A model generated the notes under the pieces. That model searched no databases. It saw only the letters and a program-made list of their open reading frames with translations, and was not told where the DNA came from. This document shows positions 13,050-25,500 of a DNA stretch of 64,000 bases, piece after piece (the stretch's first letter is position 1; each line of letters begins with the position of its first letter). A program made the translations under genes and the position numbers. Origin of the DNA: Monocercomonoides exilis PA203 (Eukaryota; Protista; Preaxostyla); assembly GCA_001643675.2 (NCBI GenBank), contig LSRY02000018.1:868001-932000 (forward strand). The letters are read 5' to 3'.

Positions 13050-14420
13050 TTTCTTTCTTCTTTTGTTTTTCTTTATCATTTCATTCGTATTCTCCAATTT
13101 TGGTGCAGAATGAAAGAAATCAAATTATATGCTTTGGTTTGCGACGAAGAAGATAAAATTGTTTGGAAGACCTTGCAGTATTGGAAGGAGAAGGAGGAGG
13201 AAGAGAAGAAGAAGAAGAAGAAGAAATATTTGAATAGAAGATATGTTTGACAGCCAAATGCGTGTTGCACAGATAGAATCACCAAACTTTCGTAGCCAAG
13301 CTTGATGTTTTTTTATTTCCCAAATTCTTTCAAAGCGAAATTCAGATGAGATTGTCCCTAATGCTGCTTGATTTCCAAAAAGCTCTCGACAATTGGATGT
13401 CTCGTTGATGGTGGTTCTCATTTGTTAAAAGGCAAAAGCGGAATCAGAAACAGAATTTCGTCGCTTTCCATATGTGCACAGCGCAGTCCGAGAAACAGGA
13501 AAACCTTATAAATAAAATTGATATTTTGGGGTTCTCCTTTTTTTCGTTGAATTCTTGTCTTTTTTTGTGATTAATATCCTTCCCTCGATATTGCCAGCCA
13601 CTTTCCTTGCCAAAAAATACCATAAACTGCTCTTCCTGCCTAACATTCCAAAATGCTATATAATATTGTGCAGATTTTGTCCTTCATAGAATTCCATCCA
13701 TAAATCTTCATTTTATAATATGAAAGTTGAATTTGTTTTCCCTCTTGCCCCAAATAAAAATCATGTATCTTCCGTAACTTCATTTATTTCCCAATGCCTA
13801 TATAATAATCAGCTCCATTCTCATTGTGTTGCTCCACAAAGCGGAGATTGGCCATTTCAACAATTACTCACATTCCTGCACTTTGGAGAGGATACAGACG
13901 GAAATATCTTCACAATCAATAGAACTATAAAAATTACATACAATATCATTTTTGTGTTATTTATGAAATTGTTGTGTTTCCCTTGGCCATCCAATTGACA
14001 AAAATCAAAGGTCAGAATTCCAAAAATATTGCATCTCCACCATTGTCTGTTGTCACACAGGAAATAATATTTCAAATTCTACAGGTAATGTTCACTCACG
14101 GATTTCTCATCCTGTGAATGGAATATTCCGTTTTTTCAAATCTGATGATCATTAAATCCATTACAAAAAAGACTCAAGTTACAAACCGTTGTTTTTCTTC
14201 CTGGATGCAAGCCAAAAAATACCAACAGTAAACAGGATGGCGCGAGCACAGCTATTTTCGTTACTGCACAACGTTGTGTTTATTTGTCTGTTTCTTCTGT
14301 TCAGGCATGGGCTCATTCAATATGAATGATGAAATGGAATTGCTTTCTGGCTGCAATTACTTTCAAAAAATGCAGGCTGCACCTTGCACAAATGGATGTT
14401 TATGGTCTGCAGACATTGTT
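12700..14420 (-). mobile_element. Heavily decayed coding-like remnant, possibly a hAT-like transposase
   Basis: Broken frames include IISCVTTDNGG (~14035-14068, like hAT xTDNG) and a frameshifted PPST..(E)RAF segment (~13380-13420). Many stops; no TIRs found. Confidence 0.2.
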
Positions 14421-14469
14421 TTAATGGAATTCTTGTTAATTTCATTTCTTTCTTTTTTTCTTTGATTGA

Positions 14470-15802
14470 ATTTTTGTTGAATAATAGTTTTGTGGGCTTG
14501 AAAATTTCGCGGAGGATGGGCAGAAGCAGAAAACCCCTTGGGCGTTATAGAGTGGATGAGCGAAGATGAATTTCAATCCGTTTTCGAGGCAGATCTGCTC
14601 AACAGAATGCAGAAAAAGATGGAGAAAAGAAAATATTCACCAGAAAATTCAATGTTGATATTGAAGGTTGGTGGATATAATAAAATAATGAAGGGCACCC
14701 CGAATAGTTGCTTTCGTTTTTTCTGAGTTGAACGAAAAAGTTGATAGGAATGATAGGATGAAACTTAGAAGAAAGAAGAGAAAGAATGAAAAGCTTCAAA
14801 CTGATCTTTGCGATGCTATATTTTTTTTGAACCAGTACTTCTCGCCTAAATTGTTTTCAATCTGTGTTCATGTCTTTTGAAAGCTTCATCAAACAGAGAG
14901 GAAAACGTGGAGACTCAAAAAGAAGCGGAAATAGCTTTCCTGGCTTTTAGTAACATTAGCCAATATAGCGTATGTTCACTTCTATTTCATTTTTGATGTT
15001 TCTGAATTTTTTCTAAAAATCATTTATTCATAAGAAAGTGGAACAAGAACTGTATTTGAATGAACTCAAAGAAATCATTAAATATAATCAGGATCATCAC
15101 GACATGACCCACGTTGCTTATCAATCTGCTTGGTGTTTTTTGATAGACCGATTGTTATACGATAAGAATGTGGAAGAAGTCATCGTGAATGTACTGCATT
15201 TTGGAAGAGAGGCAGCAAGAGAATTTGAAGAGCTGACAGAATGCATTGATTGGAAGAAGAACGATGAGAATGAAAAAAGAAGAAGAGAAACAAAAGAAGA
15301 GTTTATTATTACAAGATGGCTCAATGAGGTTTATGATTTCTTCGATTCATGCATATTGTGGAATGAAGAATTAGTTGTGCTTTTTAGCAGCATTGTTCGG
15401 GTGTATCGAGCTGCGAAGGATAATAACTGAGTAGTTAGCAATCAGTGTATTGATTCACGAAGAAACGCTGTAATTAGCAGAGGTGTGAAAGTTGAAGATT
15501 TATCGAAAGGAGGGGCTTTTGGTGTTGTTCTGGAGGAGATTCATCGACCAACGATGAACGTAAGAATAACGAATGATAGCTTGGGATATTTTCTTGCGAT
15601 GTCATTTCGATTGAAAGAAAAGAAGAAAGATGAAAAGGAAGAAGTGAAAAGAAAAGGGTTGAAAAGGAGATTATTTGAGAAGATGGAAGAAGAAGGATTC
15701 GAAGATATCATCATAAGCTTTTATGAAAAATTTGATTTTTTCAACAGACGATATTGCCATGGACTATCATCGAATATTTCTGATTATTCTGTTAATGTTT
15801 AA
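14470..15802 (+). pseudogene. Disrupted copy of the lineage-specific multicopy helical protein family (paralog of 16286-17708)
   Basis: Shares ELYLNE.KEII.Y..HH.LT..AYQ.AW.FL and KMEEEGFED motifs and the intron position (~14970-15037) with the neighbouring gene. Has frameshifts, in-frame stops (14724, 15428) and no 5' end. Confidence 0.8.
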
Positions 15803-16285
15803 TAAAACAAAACTTTATATTTTATTTCTCAAAAGTTCGAATTTTCTTTTTTCATCATTTCGCAAAAAAGAAAGCAATTGACTTTTTTTTTCTGAAAAGA
15901 CAAATTTTCAAAGCTTTAAAACAACAAAAAAAAAAAATTAAAAATGAAACAAAAAATTTTTTTGATCAGAATTTATGGATAGTGGTTTTCCTGATAAAGA
16001 AAAAATTGGAAAAACATACTTGAAATTTTATTAAAGTTAGTGCTTGTTGATCGTTTTTATTAATTTTATTTTTTTCGAAAACGAATTCAATTCTGATTTC
16101 GTCAAAAATAATTCAATCATTTTTACGTTCAGGTCTGCAAAAAAAAAATACTCGGGTTTATAAACGCTCTTTCCTTTTATAAAAAAATTATTCATAAAAA
16201 AGTCCAGATGAATCCGTATTCTGCATTACGATAAATGAAGTTTTCATTCAAAAATGGAATAAAATGGAATTGAAAAACACGTTAT

Positions 16286-17708
16286 TCAGAAACGAATAAT
16301 GTTATCTCCCAAAATTTCAATAAAATAGCAATAGTAATTTAATATTTTGAAAATGCAACGATGCAATCCAATCACACAATCTTCGAATCCTTTTTCTTCT
16401 AGCTTTTCAATCAACTCCCTTTTCATCTTTTTCACTTCTGCCTCATGTTTTTCCGTTTTCATCTTTCTATTCAACCGAATTGAGATTTTTTTGAAAAACG
16501 TCAAACAATGATAAACTTCATCTTCGTCCAATGACTGCAACTGAATCTTCTCTAAAAATATGTCAATAGCTCCTCCTTTCAGCAAGTCTTCATCTTTCGC
16601 ATTTTTGCAAAAAACAATTAATTTTAATAACTCAACGCATGTGTTGCTAATTTCTCTGTGTTTACCCTTTTCAGATCGTGACACTCCAACAAGGATTCCG
16701 ATAAGATCAGTAATTTCTTTATTCTGAAAGTCGCATCTGAACAAACAAAAATCCAATGTTTTCAACCATCTCATTATTATACTCACTTCACTCATTTCAA
16801 TTCTGCTCTTTTCTTCTTCCTCTTCTTTTCTCTTCCAATCAACACATTTTGTCAGCTCTTCCAATTCTCTTCTTGCCTCTCCAACAAAATGAAGTTCATT
16901 CACAATTACAGCTACCAAGCTTTTGCCATATTCTAATTTGTCTGTCAAAAACTTCCATGCACACTGATAAGCAAGATGCGTAAGAATGTGATGTTTCTGA
17001 TGATACAAGATAATTTCTTTAATCTCATTAAAATACAATTCATATTCCGTCTTCTGAAAAAAAACAGGGAAAAAAAATCAGCAAAATTTAAAAGGGAATA
17101 AAAATGTTCATACGCAGCATTTAACATTGCTCGATGCAAGCAAAGCCAGTTCCACTTCTTCTTTTGTCTCCTCGTTTGCCTTTTTCCTAAATGCAAAATC
17201 CAGAAGACAATGCGTACAAATACTTATTATATTTTCTGGGAAAGAACACTCTATGCTCAATAGATAGTATTCGCAAAGATCAATCAAAAGCTTTTCGTTC
17301 TTTTCATCTTTTTTCTTTTCTTCTTCCAAAATCATCCTTTCAATTCTTTCGTTGAGTAAAAAACATTTAAATCGAAAACCTGGGATTCCTTTGATAATTT
17401 TTAAATATCCAATGCGCTTTAGCAACAAAACTGCATTTTCAATTGAAATTTCCTTTTTTTTCATCATTTTTTCTAATTCATCTAAAACATTTCTTGATAA
17501 AGCTGATTCAAATGTTTTTCTTTCCATGTTTTCCATCATCCAATTTATTTCTTTGATCTTCTGCGTTTGTTCATCTTTTTCACAATTTTTTAGCTCAGAA
17601 AATAATTCTTCAAAAAGAAAAGAAAAGAAACAATTTAACAATAAAAAAGAATGCTTATTGGAATGACTTCAAACTGGAAAATTTTTCTAAGGCAGTTATC
17701 TCCTTCAT
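16286..17708 (-). CDS. Lineage-specific multicopy hypothetical protein, 3 exons, apparently intact
   Basis: ATG at 17708; GT-AG introns at ~17609-17674 and ~17054-17113 join ORFs 17108-17641 and 16286-17038 into MKEITALEKFSKLFSELKNCEKDEQ...; clear paralog in this window. Confidence 0.75.
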
Positions 17709-20084
17709 TTTTAAAACATAGCGACCAGAATACACACAGATTTTTATCATTCATATTAAATGTTCAATTTTTTGAAAAGAAGAGATTGACAAAACATCAA
17801 AATTTTAATTAATCATAGGAATATACGCTCACACACCATCATCTTGCGCATGAGAATTTTTGACAAGATATAAGAATGAAAAACAATTATTTATTCTTTC
17901 TGTAATGAAGATATGGAAGCAATGATCAAAACATTTTATTTATCATTAATATTGATTTGCACATGAGAAAGAAATAATGTTTGTTTATCACTAAAATGTT
18001 CAAAAAGCTTTTATGAATGAAAGAATTCGTTTATATTAATTATTTGTTCATTTTTGTTCATTTTTTTTTTCTATTGTCTTCTTTTTTTGAAAATTTGAAA
18101 ATCTGGAGTATTTTTTTCTTTTCTAGAATTAGTATGTTTGAGAATAAAAACCTTTTATTGTTCTGCGTGTGATAAACAAATTTTTATCAATTATCTTTTT
18201 TGCATCCCAGCTATTAAATTTCTTTATTTTTAGCAGTTCGATTTTCATTGAGGTGCAACAAATCAAAGAAGAGAGCTCGACATTGAACATAAAATGGTAT
18301 TCAAAAACGCATGCGTATTGGTTGCAACTTCACTCGTTTCACAGAAACAGAGGATGAAAGCGAATATTTTTGAAAAATATAAGGATGAAAATAAAGAAGA
18401 TGGAGAACGAAAAAGAAAAAATATTTTCAAATAATTGAACAGCAGCTTGAAAAAAGAAAAAGAAGGATTGTTAAAAATTTCACAAAGAAAGAGACTGAAA
18501 GCATCTTTCACTTTTCATTTATGAAAGAAAAATATTTCAAAGGAGAAAGAAATCAGTGTCGGAGTAGAAATAGAATATAAGTTCAATCAATATAATGATT
18601 ATTCGTCATGTAATCTTCTCACCAGAAGTGCATTTTACATGCTATCAACAGAAAATGATAGATTATCTTCATTCAGCTATTTATGTAATTGCAACGGAAA
18701 CAAACATCTTCCATTTCAGCACATTCTCAAGAGCGATTTAAAAAACAAACAAATTTGACTTCAATTTATTTTCAAACTTCATTTATGACATTTCCAACAA
18801 AACAATGCCAAAGTTTTTCCATTTCATCTCAGCTGCTTTTGTGCTTCGGTAAACATAGCCAATAAATGTGATTATTCATTTCTGTTCTTTCCAAAAGACG
18901 AACATTCACTTCTCCAAATTGAAATCTGCTTTTGGCAAATCATTCGACTGTTCAAAAAAGTTTGGCACAATTTGACATTCCTTTCATGAATGATAACAAT
19001 TGGACAACTCCTTCGTTTTTGTTTCCAACAATTTTTGATGAATCATTTTTCCTTTATCGTTTTTAATTGTGTGGTTTTTCTGATCAAACTTTTTTTACTA
19101 TGCGATGATCCTAATCAACAATGGGTGAAGATATCATCGGATTCTTCATTTTCAATCGATTAATGAGGGGGAATAAGACTCACAGAATTAAACTTTTCTT
19201 GAAAAAGTTCATTTCAACATAAGATTGACAATAACACATTGCTTTTCATCTCAACTGAATGAACAGAAGCACGACGGATACAAAATTATGAAATGTTCAG
19301 ATTGGAAATAAGTCGTGACAAATTACGAAAAGACATTTTTACTGGTAATCGCATCTTCCTCTTTATCTTTTTCAATTTCTTCCTCCACTTCCTCTCCTCC
19401 TCCTTCTTTCGCTTTTCAATTTCATGAAACACATAATTTTATTTGTTCGTCGCTTAAGAAAAGACAGGCAAACACGGTAAAGCTTGCTCAATTAATTTGT
19501 TTTTTCCATAAAACTGAATTTATTTATATGAAAACCATATTGTTAACAAGAAGAAATGGTGAAAGAGTGAGTTAATATTCAAGTTACTTGAAATGTTCTC
19601 ACAACGACTAAGCATAGGAAAGAAATCAGTTGCGCTTATTAAAGAGAAAAATTTCCACCCGACTTTTTTTTAGAAAAGCTTCTTAACACGCGTTTATGAA
19701 TGAAGAGTTTATTTTTTGTTAGGCTTATGAAAAAAGTGAACAAATATCAACAAGCTTATAATCATTTGTTCTTTTCAAAACACGCTAATAATAAATAATT
19801 TGAAATCCATCATGCACTCTTTTTTATATCATTTTTTTTAACAGATATTGAGAAATTTCTTGAATAACATGTTATTTTCAGAACGAAAAATCAATTTTCC
19901 TATTCTTTCATAAAAAGAAAAAGAAAGGAAAGGAAAGCAAAGCAAAGCAAAAATTAAAAAAATCTTTTTGAGCAACAAAATTTGAAAAAATTACATGCAA
20001 ACGATATTTATAAATCCACCTAAGATTCTTTAAGAGAATATGGGTTATATTGATCAGTTTTGTTTTTGTTTGATATAATTTGAA

Positions 20085-22069
20085 ATGAGTTCTGCAGAAC
20101 GAGAACAAGCAATTAAAGAATTCAGAGAAGCTCAAATGAACCATCTTGCAAAAGAGCAAGAAAGAAAGGCCGCACTCGAGCGCCTTCAAAAAGTGAAAAC
20201 TATTTTCGATCAAACTGAGGAACAGATGAAAGCAATTCAGACAACAGGACAAATGATAGGAGATGTCCTTAGGGAGCTTCCAAATGGAACATGTATGATA
20301 TTTCTTCTTATTTCAAAACTTGACATGTTTGAAATTCTTTTCGATTTTCATATTTTCAGTTATCATGAAGGCAAGTCACGGACCCCGTTATGTTGTAGTT
20401 TGCGCAAATCATATAGATAAAGAAGAATTAAAACCTGGAACTCGAGTAGCAATGGATCTTGCAACATTAACGTTTGACATATTTCTCCGATTATTATTGC
20501 TGTTGAATGTTTTTGCGATTTTTTTCAGAATAATGCGAGTTCTTCCACGCGAGACAGATCCTTCTGTTCATAAAATGTCAATCGAAGATCCAGGAAACGT
20601 TTCATTTAATGATGTTGGTGGATTATCTGAACAGCTTCGCCAAATTAGAGAAGTTATTGAATTACCTTTAACAAACCCTGAATTATTTTCACGTGTTGGT
20701 GTCAAGCCTCCAAAGGTTTCCGATTTTATCTTGTCTTTCTTATTTTTTCCCTTCTTTTTTTAAAATAAAATTTATTTTTCAACTTAAAAAAATTATTAAA
20801 CAAAAGGGAGTGCTGTTGTATGGACCTCCTGGAACCGGAAAAACTCTTCTCGCGAGAGCCATTGCAGCAACGACTGATGCTTCATTTTTAAAGGTTGTTT
20901 CATCTGCTATTATTGAAAAATACATTGGAGACTCTGCGAAAACTGTTCGAGAAATGTTTCATTATGCCAAAGATCATGAACCATGCATTATTTTTATGGA
21001 TGAAATTGATGCAATTGGAGGAAAGAGAAATTCTGAAGGTACATCTTCAGATAGGGAAGTTCAAAGAACTCTTATGGAAGTTTGCTTGTCAACTCAATTT
21101 TTTATAACATAATTTTTTCTTTAACACATTATTCTTAAATTTTTCCCGCTGTTTGGTTTAACAAAATGTAAATTTTAACATTTTCAGTTGTTGAATCATT
21201 TGGATGGTTTTGATGCGCTTGGCAAAGTGAAGATGATTATGGCGACAAATCGTCCCGACACGCTTGATGCTGCCCTTTTGCGGCCTGGTCGATTGGATAG
21301 AAAGGTTTGGCGAAATCTCCGATTCATTGAAATAGAAGCAAATAGTAATGCTAATGATTTTTGAAAATTATTCTCTTTTACTATGAAACTTTTTTATCTA
21401 ACAATTATTTCAATGAAATAACTTTTTTTTTTTTTTTTCGATTGACGCATTTTCATTCAAACATACATATTTCATTGGCTAGATTGAGATTCCGTTGCCA
21501 AATGCAAGCGCTCGCCTAGAAATTTTGAAAATTCACTCAAAGCCAATTAACAAAATAGGAGAAATCGGTTTCATCTTTTTTAATTTTCATTTTTTTATTT
21601 AAAGCTTTTTATATTTGTTAATTTTATCAATTATTCTCATTCTTACTTGTTGAAACAAAATGTCATAATTCTTCTATGATTTGATGCAAAAAAATTTGAA
21701 ATCTTTGAAAGATTTTGGTGTGTTTCTTACTCATTTATCGTAAATTTTCAAAATTTATTAAAAAAATCAAACATTCTTTTGAAATATATTTTTATACCTA
21801 TTTTTACTTTAATAATTTTATTTTTAACTTCATTAATATTATTTTTTGTTTTTATTATTTATTTTTTTATGACAAATAATTCAGAACCAATTGTGAAGTT
21901 ATCCGATGGGTTTAATGGCGCTGATTTGAGGAACATTTGCACAGAAGCTGGTTTGTTTGCTATCCGTGCACAAAGAGATGCAGTGACACAAGAAGACTTC
22001 ATGAAAGCTGTGAGGAAGTTGGAAGAGACGAAAAAGCTGGAAGGAACATTGCATTATGAGAAAGTTTAG
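20085..22069 (+). CDS. RPT4: 26S proteasome AAA-ATPase subunit Rpt4 (390 aa); exons 20085-20292, 20360-20471, 20529-20715, 20807-21079, 21188-21304, 21483-21567, 21712-21717, 21885-22069
   Basis: GPRYVV, Walker A GPPGTGKT, Walker [45 protein letters not shown], and the Rpt4-type C-terminus KKLEG.L.YEKV. Confidence 0.95.
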
Positions 22070-22500
22070 AGAAATGAAAATAAAAAGCATTAAAAGATTC
22101 TCGTTTCATCCTTATTACACCCTTTTTTTTTGAAATTAATAATTTCTGAAGAAACTATTTTTATTTTCCACTTCAAAAAATAAACAAAAATAAAAAAGAA
22201 TATTGAGCAAGTATTTAGAACTGCTTTTATACCTAAAAAATTATAATGCAATTTTTCTTATCTTATCCAATCAAATCTTATCTTTCATTCTTATTTGCTT
22301 GAAGCTCATTTCCAAACCAAATGCTCACAAACACTCTATTTTTCAAAATCTGCTTTTGAGAAAATTTTTCATCAAACAAATTAAAATTTCAATTTCTAAA
22401 TTAAAAAAAAAAGCTATCTTTCCATTAATAAATTAAATAAAATGATTTTTCTTCAAAAATGCGTTTCACATATGTAAAAAAAAAAAGAGAGAGATTAACT

Positions 22501-25500
22501 TTATCTTTTTGTTCTTCCTCCTTGTTTTGTTTGCTTTGTCTTTGAAGATGTTGGCAATTCTGACTCAGCCATATACTTTTCGATTGCTTCTTTCAATTCG
22601 TTGACAACTTTGTATTCCTCCTTCCCAAATTCGGACAAAAGCTTGTATCTTTCCATTTGTTCTTTTTTCTGTTCTTCTCCTGCTTCTTCATCATCGAATC
22701 CTGCATTTTTTATGAAATAGATGGAAAATATTTTGACAAGTTTCAAAACAAAATTTAAAATGATATTCAAACAAACAAGCAAGCAAACAAACAAATTATT
22801 GCAAGAAATAAAAATAAAAGAAAACACACCTTCAACAACAGCATCTATTCTTGAGTCCAAATCTTCTTGCTCTTCTTCTTCATCCTCCTCTTCCTCCTCT
22901 TCTTCATTCTCTTTATCACCAAAGTCTCCGCTTCCCCCTTCTACCACAATATCGCTCTCCTTCCTTGCTTTCTTCTTTCTCTTTTCATCATCTTCCTCTT
23001 CCTCTCCTGCTCCATTTGCCCCATTTCCATCTTCTTTCCTCCACTTCGCGTCCAAAAGCCGTGTCAGTCCATAATACTGCAGCACTTTCCTCAAAGGCGA
23101 TATCGATTTCCCTCCAAACACTCTCGCTGCAACCATCTTTTTCACACTCATCCGAACTGCTTTCGTCTTCTCGCTTTCTCCTCCAAGCGCTCCAGCTCCT
23201 CCACTTCTCCCCAGCGCTGACGATGCTGCAGCACCTGATTTTCCTTTCCCTCTCCCACTTCCACCACCAACAATAAACATCGCAGCCACAGACACTTCGT
23301 TCTTCTTCTTCGACGGATTCTTCACAGCGTCCAGCGCAGTCAGCGCTGTACTCACTTTGTTCCCATGCTCTGCATTGCATCTCCTGGTGAATGCTGCTTT
23401 GATCGGCCCAGGAATCGCCAGCTCTCCTGTCAGCTGTTTGAATGTCGTCAGCTCAATCAGATCGTCCCAGTCCACACGAGACATGTTGTACTCATCCAGA
23501 AACGAGATCACTCCATCCACTGCCTCTTCAATCCTCTCTTTTCTCGCAGTGCTGTCTGCTTTCCCTCCTCCTCCTCCTCTCCTTCCTGAAGAGCTTCCAA
23601 GTGAGTCAAGCCCATTGTCAGAAAGATCCTCAATTGATTCCATAAAGCTGCTTTCTCCTCCTCCTCCTCCTCTGCCTCCTCTCTGGCTGTTCATGCTCTC
23701 TTCTTCTTCTTCATTCCCAATGTCCATCAGTGGAAGAGTGGATTTCAACCGCATCACTTTCAGCACCCCATCTGTCTGTAGCCTTGTTTCTGGGCACATC
23801 ATCTTCGGCGATGCCCTTACCCGGAATTCATGGCACATCCTCTTCCCTTTCTTCATCGTCTGCATCTGCCCCATCATTGTCGGAAATGTGATGATGTTGT
23901 CCTTGCCATACCCGAACTCCTGAATATACCCACGCACATAGAAACCTGGTGTGATTGTCGATTGAACCGCATGCATCGGAGCCAGCGTCCAGTTCATCTC
24001 AGAGCGGATCTTCGCCTCAATCACATCGCCAAATGAGACTGACTCAGCAGCAGCGGCAAATATCTCCTCTTCCCGCAGCTCGCGATTGTCCAGCCCGAAC
24101 AAAGCGGAAGACGAGAGCGAACCAGCCAAATTGTGTGACGGAGAAGAGTAAGAGGAAGGCACAGCGTATTTGTTTCCGTAAGGGCTTGAGCCTTCAAACG
24201 CATTCATGTTGTTTTCTCCTTTCAGAGAAGAAGAAAGCGGGAAAGACGACGAAAGCGAAGAAGGAGAATTCCTTCCCTGTGAATTAACTATCTCCATCTC
24301 CTCGTTCTTCACCCCCATCTCATCCAACCCGCTGAAGTACTTCTCGTTGCTTCTCTTCCACGGCAGAGTGAATCTTCCTCCTTTTCCCGTCGCCACTCTC
24401 CGGCACCCGACCCATCCTTCGTGCAGAATGCGCCGGTGGATCGGCGGGTCAGCGAACAAAGAGCGGTACTGCAGCGGATACGCAGGCAGAGTGCGGATGT
24501 AGTTCTCCTGCATAAACAAAGGGACGATGCCGTTGTCCACAAAGTAGTAGTCAATGCGCTCGTTGATCGTGTTGGCGTGGTAGCTCATCGAACTCAGGAA
24601 CTTCGGCACGACAGTGAAAACAGTGACTGCCACATCCTTCTGCATCGCCTTCATCTTAGGGCGGAAGTGCTGATAGTCCATTGGAGTATCCTTCCACATC
24701 TGACACACATTTAGAATCTGTCTGATATCTCCCCCCGTTGACTGGATCAGCGTCTCCAGTACATTTCGGTCAACAGTACACCCTTCAGTGTTTAGAATGG
24801 GGATGATCCTGTTCAAGATGGAGATGCTGTGCGGACGCTGGAACGGCAGGTCGAGGCACTTATTGCGCAGCGTGCGGATCTTCGGCGAGGTCTTGTCGTT
24901 GCAGATGCAGATGATTGGCACCGACGTCTCATCTATCAGCTTCACCAGCTCCGCCATGCCTCCTCTGTCGCCGCCTGCCATTCCATCCACTTCATCCATA
25001 ATGACACACAGCTTCTTCCCAGTGCGAGTTATGTGCTTTTGAGTCACTCGCCCGCTGTCTGACATCTCACTGTCGTCTTCATCGTCCTCATCATCGTCGT
25101 CTTCCTCCAGCTCTCCTTCAACATACCTGCCTCTTCCTCCTCTCTTCGCCATCTTCTGCTTCTCCTCCTTCATCTTCTGCCTTTCTTCCTTTTTTGTACC
25201 CCAGAATCCTTGCAGCGTAAACGACTGCAGTGCATTCGAAACAGCCTCCGTCAGTGCGTTTTTGCTTCGTGTGTCTGACGCATTGAACTCCAACACCTCA
25301 TAACCAGCTTCTTTGCACACAACATGTGCTGCTGTTGTCTTTCCAATCCCTGGCTGCCCTGAAATAAGAGCTGCATTCGCTTCACTAACTGCTTTTCCGT
25401 ACTTGCTTCGCTTGTTTCCCTTTGCAGGCTCTTTCTCCTCTTCCTCTTCTTCCACATCATCTTCATCTTCTCCCTTTTTGCCTTTCTTCTTCCTTCCCTT

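Noticed and set aside
14225-14270. NSCARAIL peptide resembling a Polinton polB N-terminal motif
   Set aside because: No polymerase, ATPase or capsid motifs nearby; too short to support.
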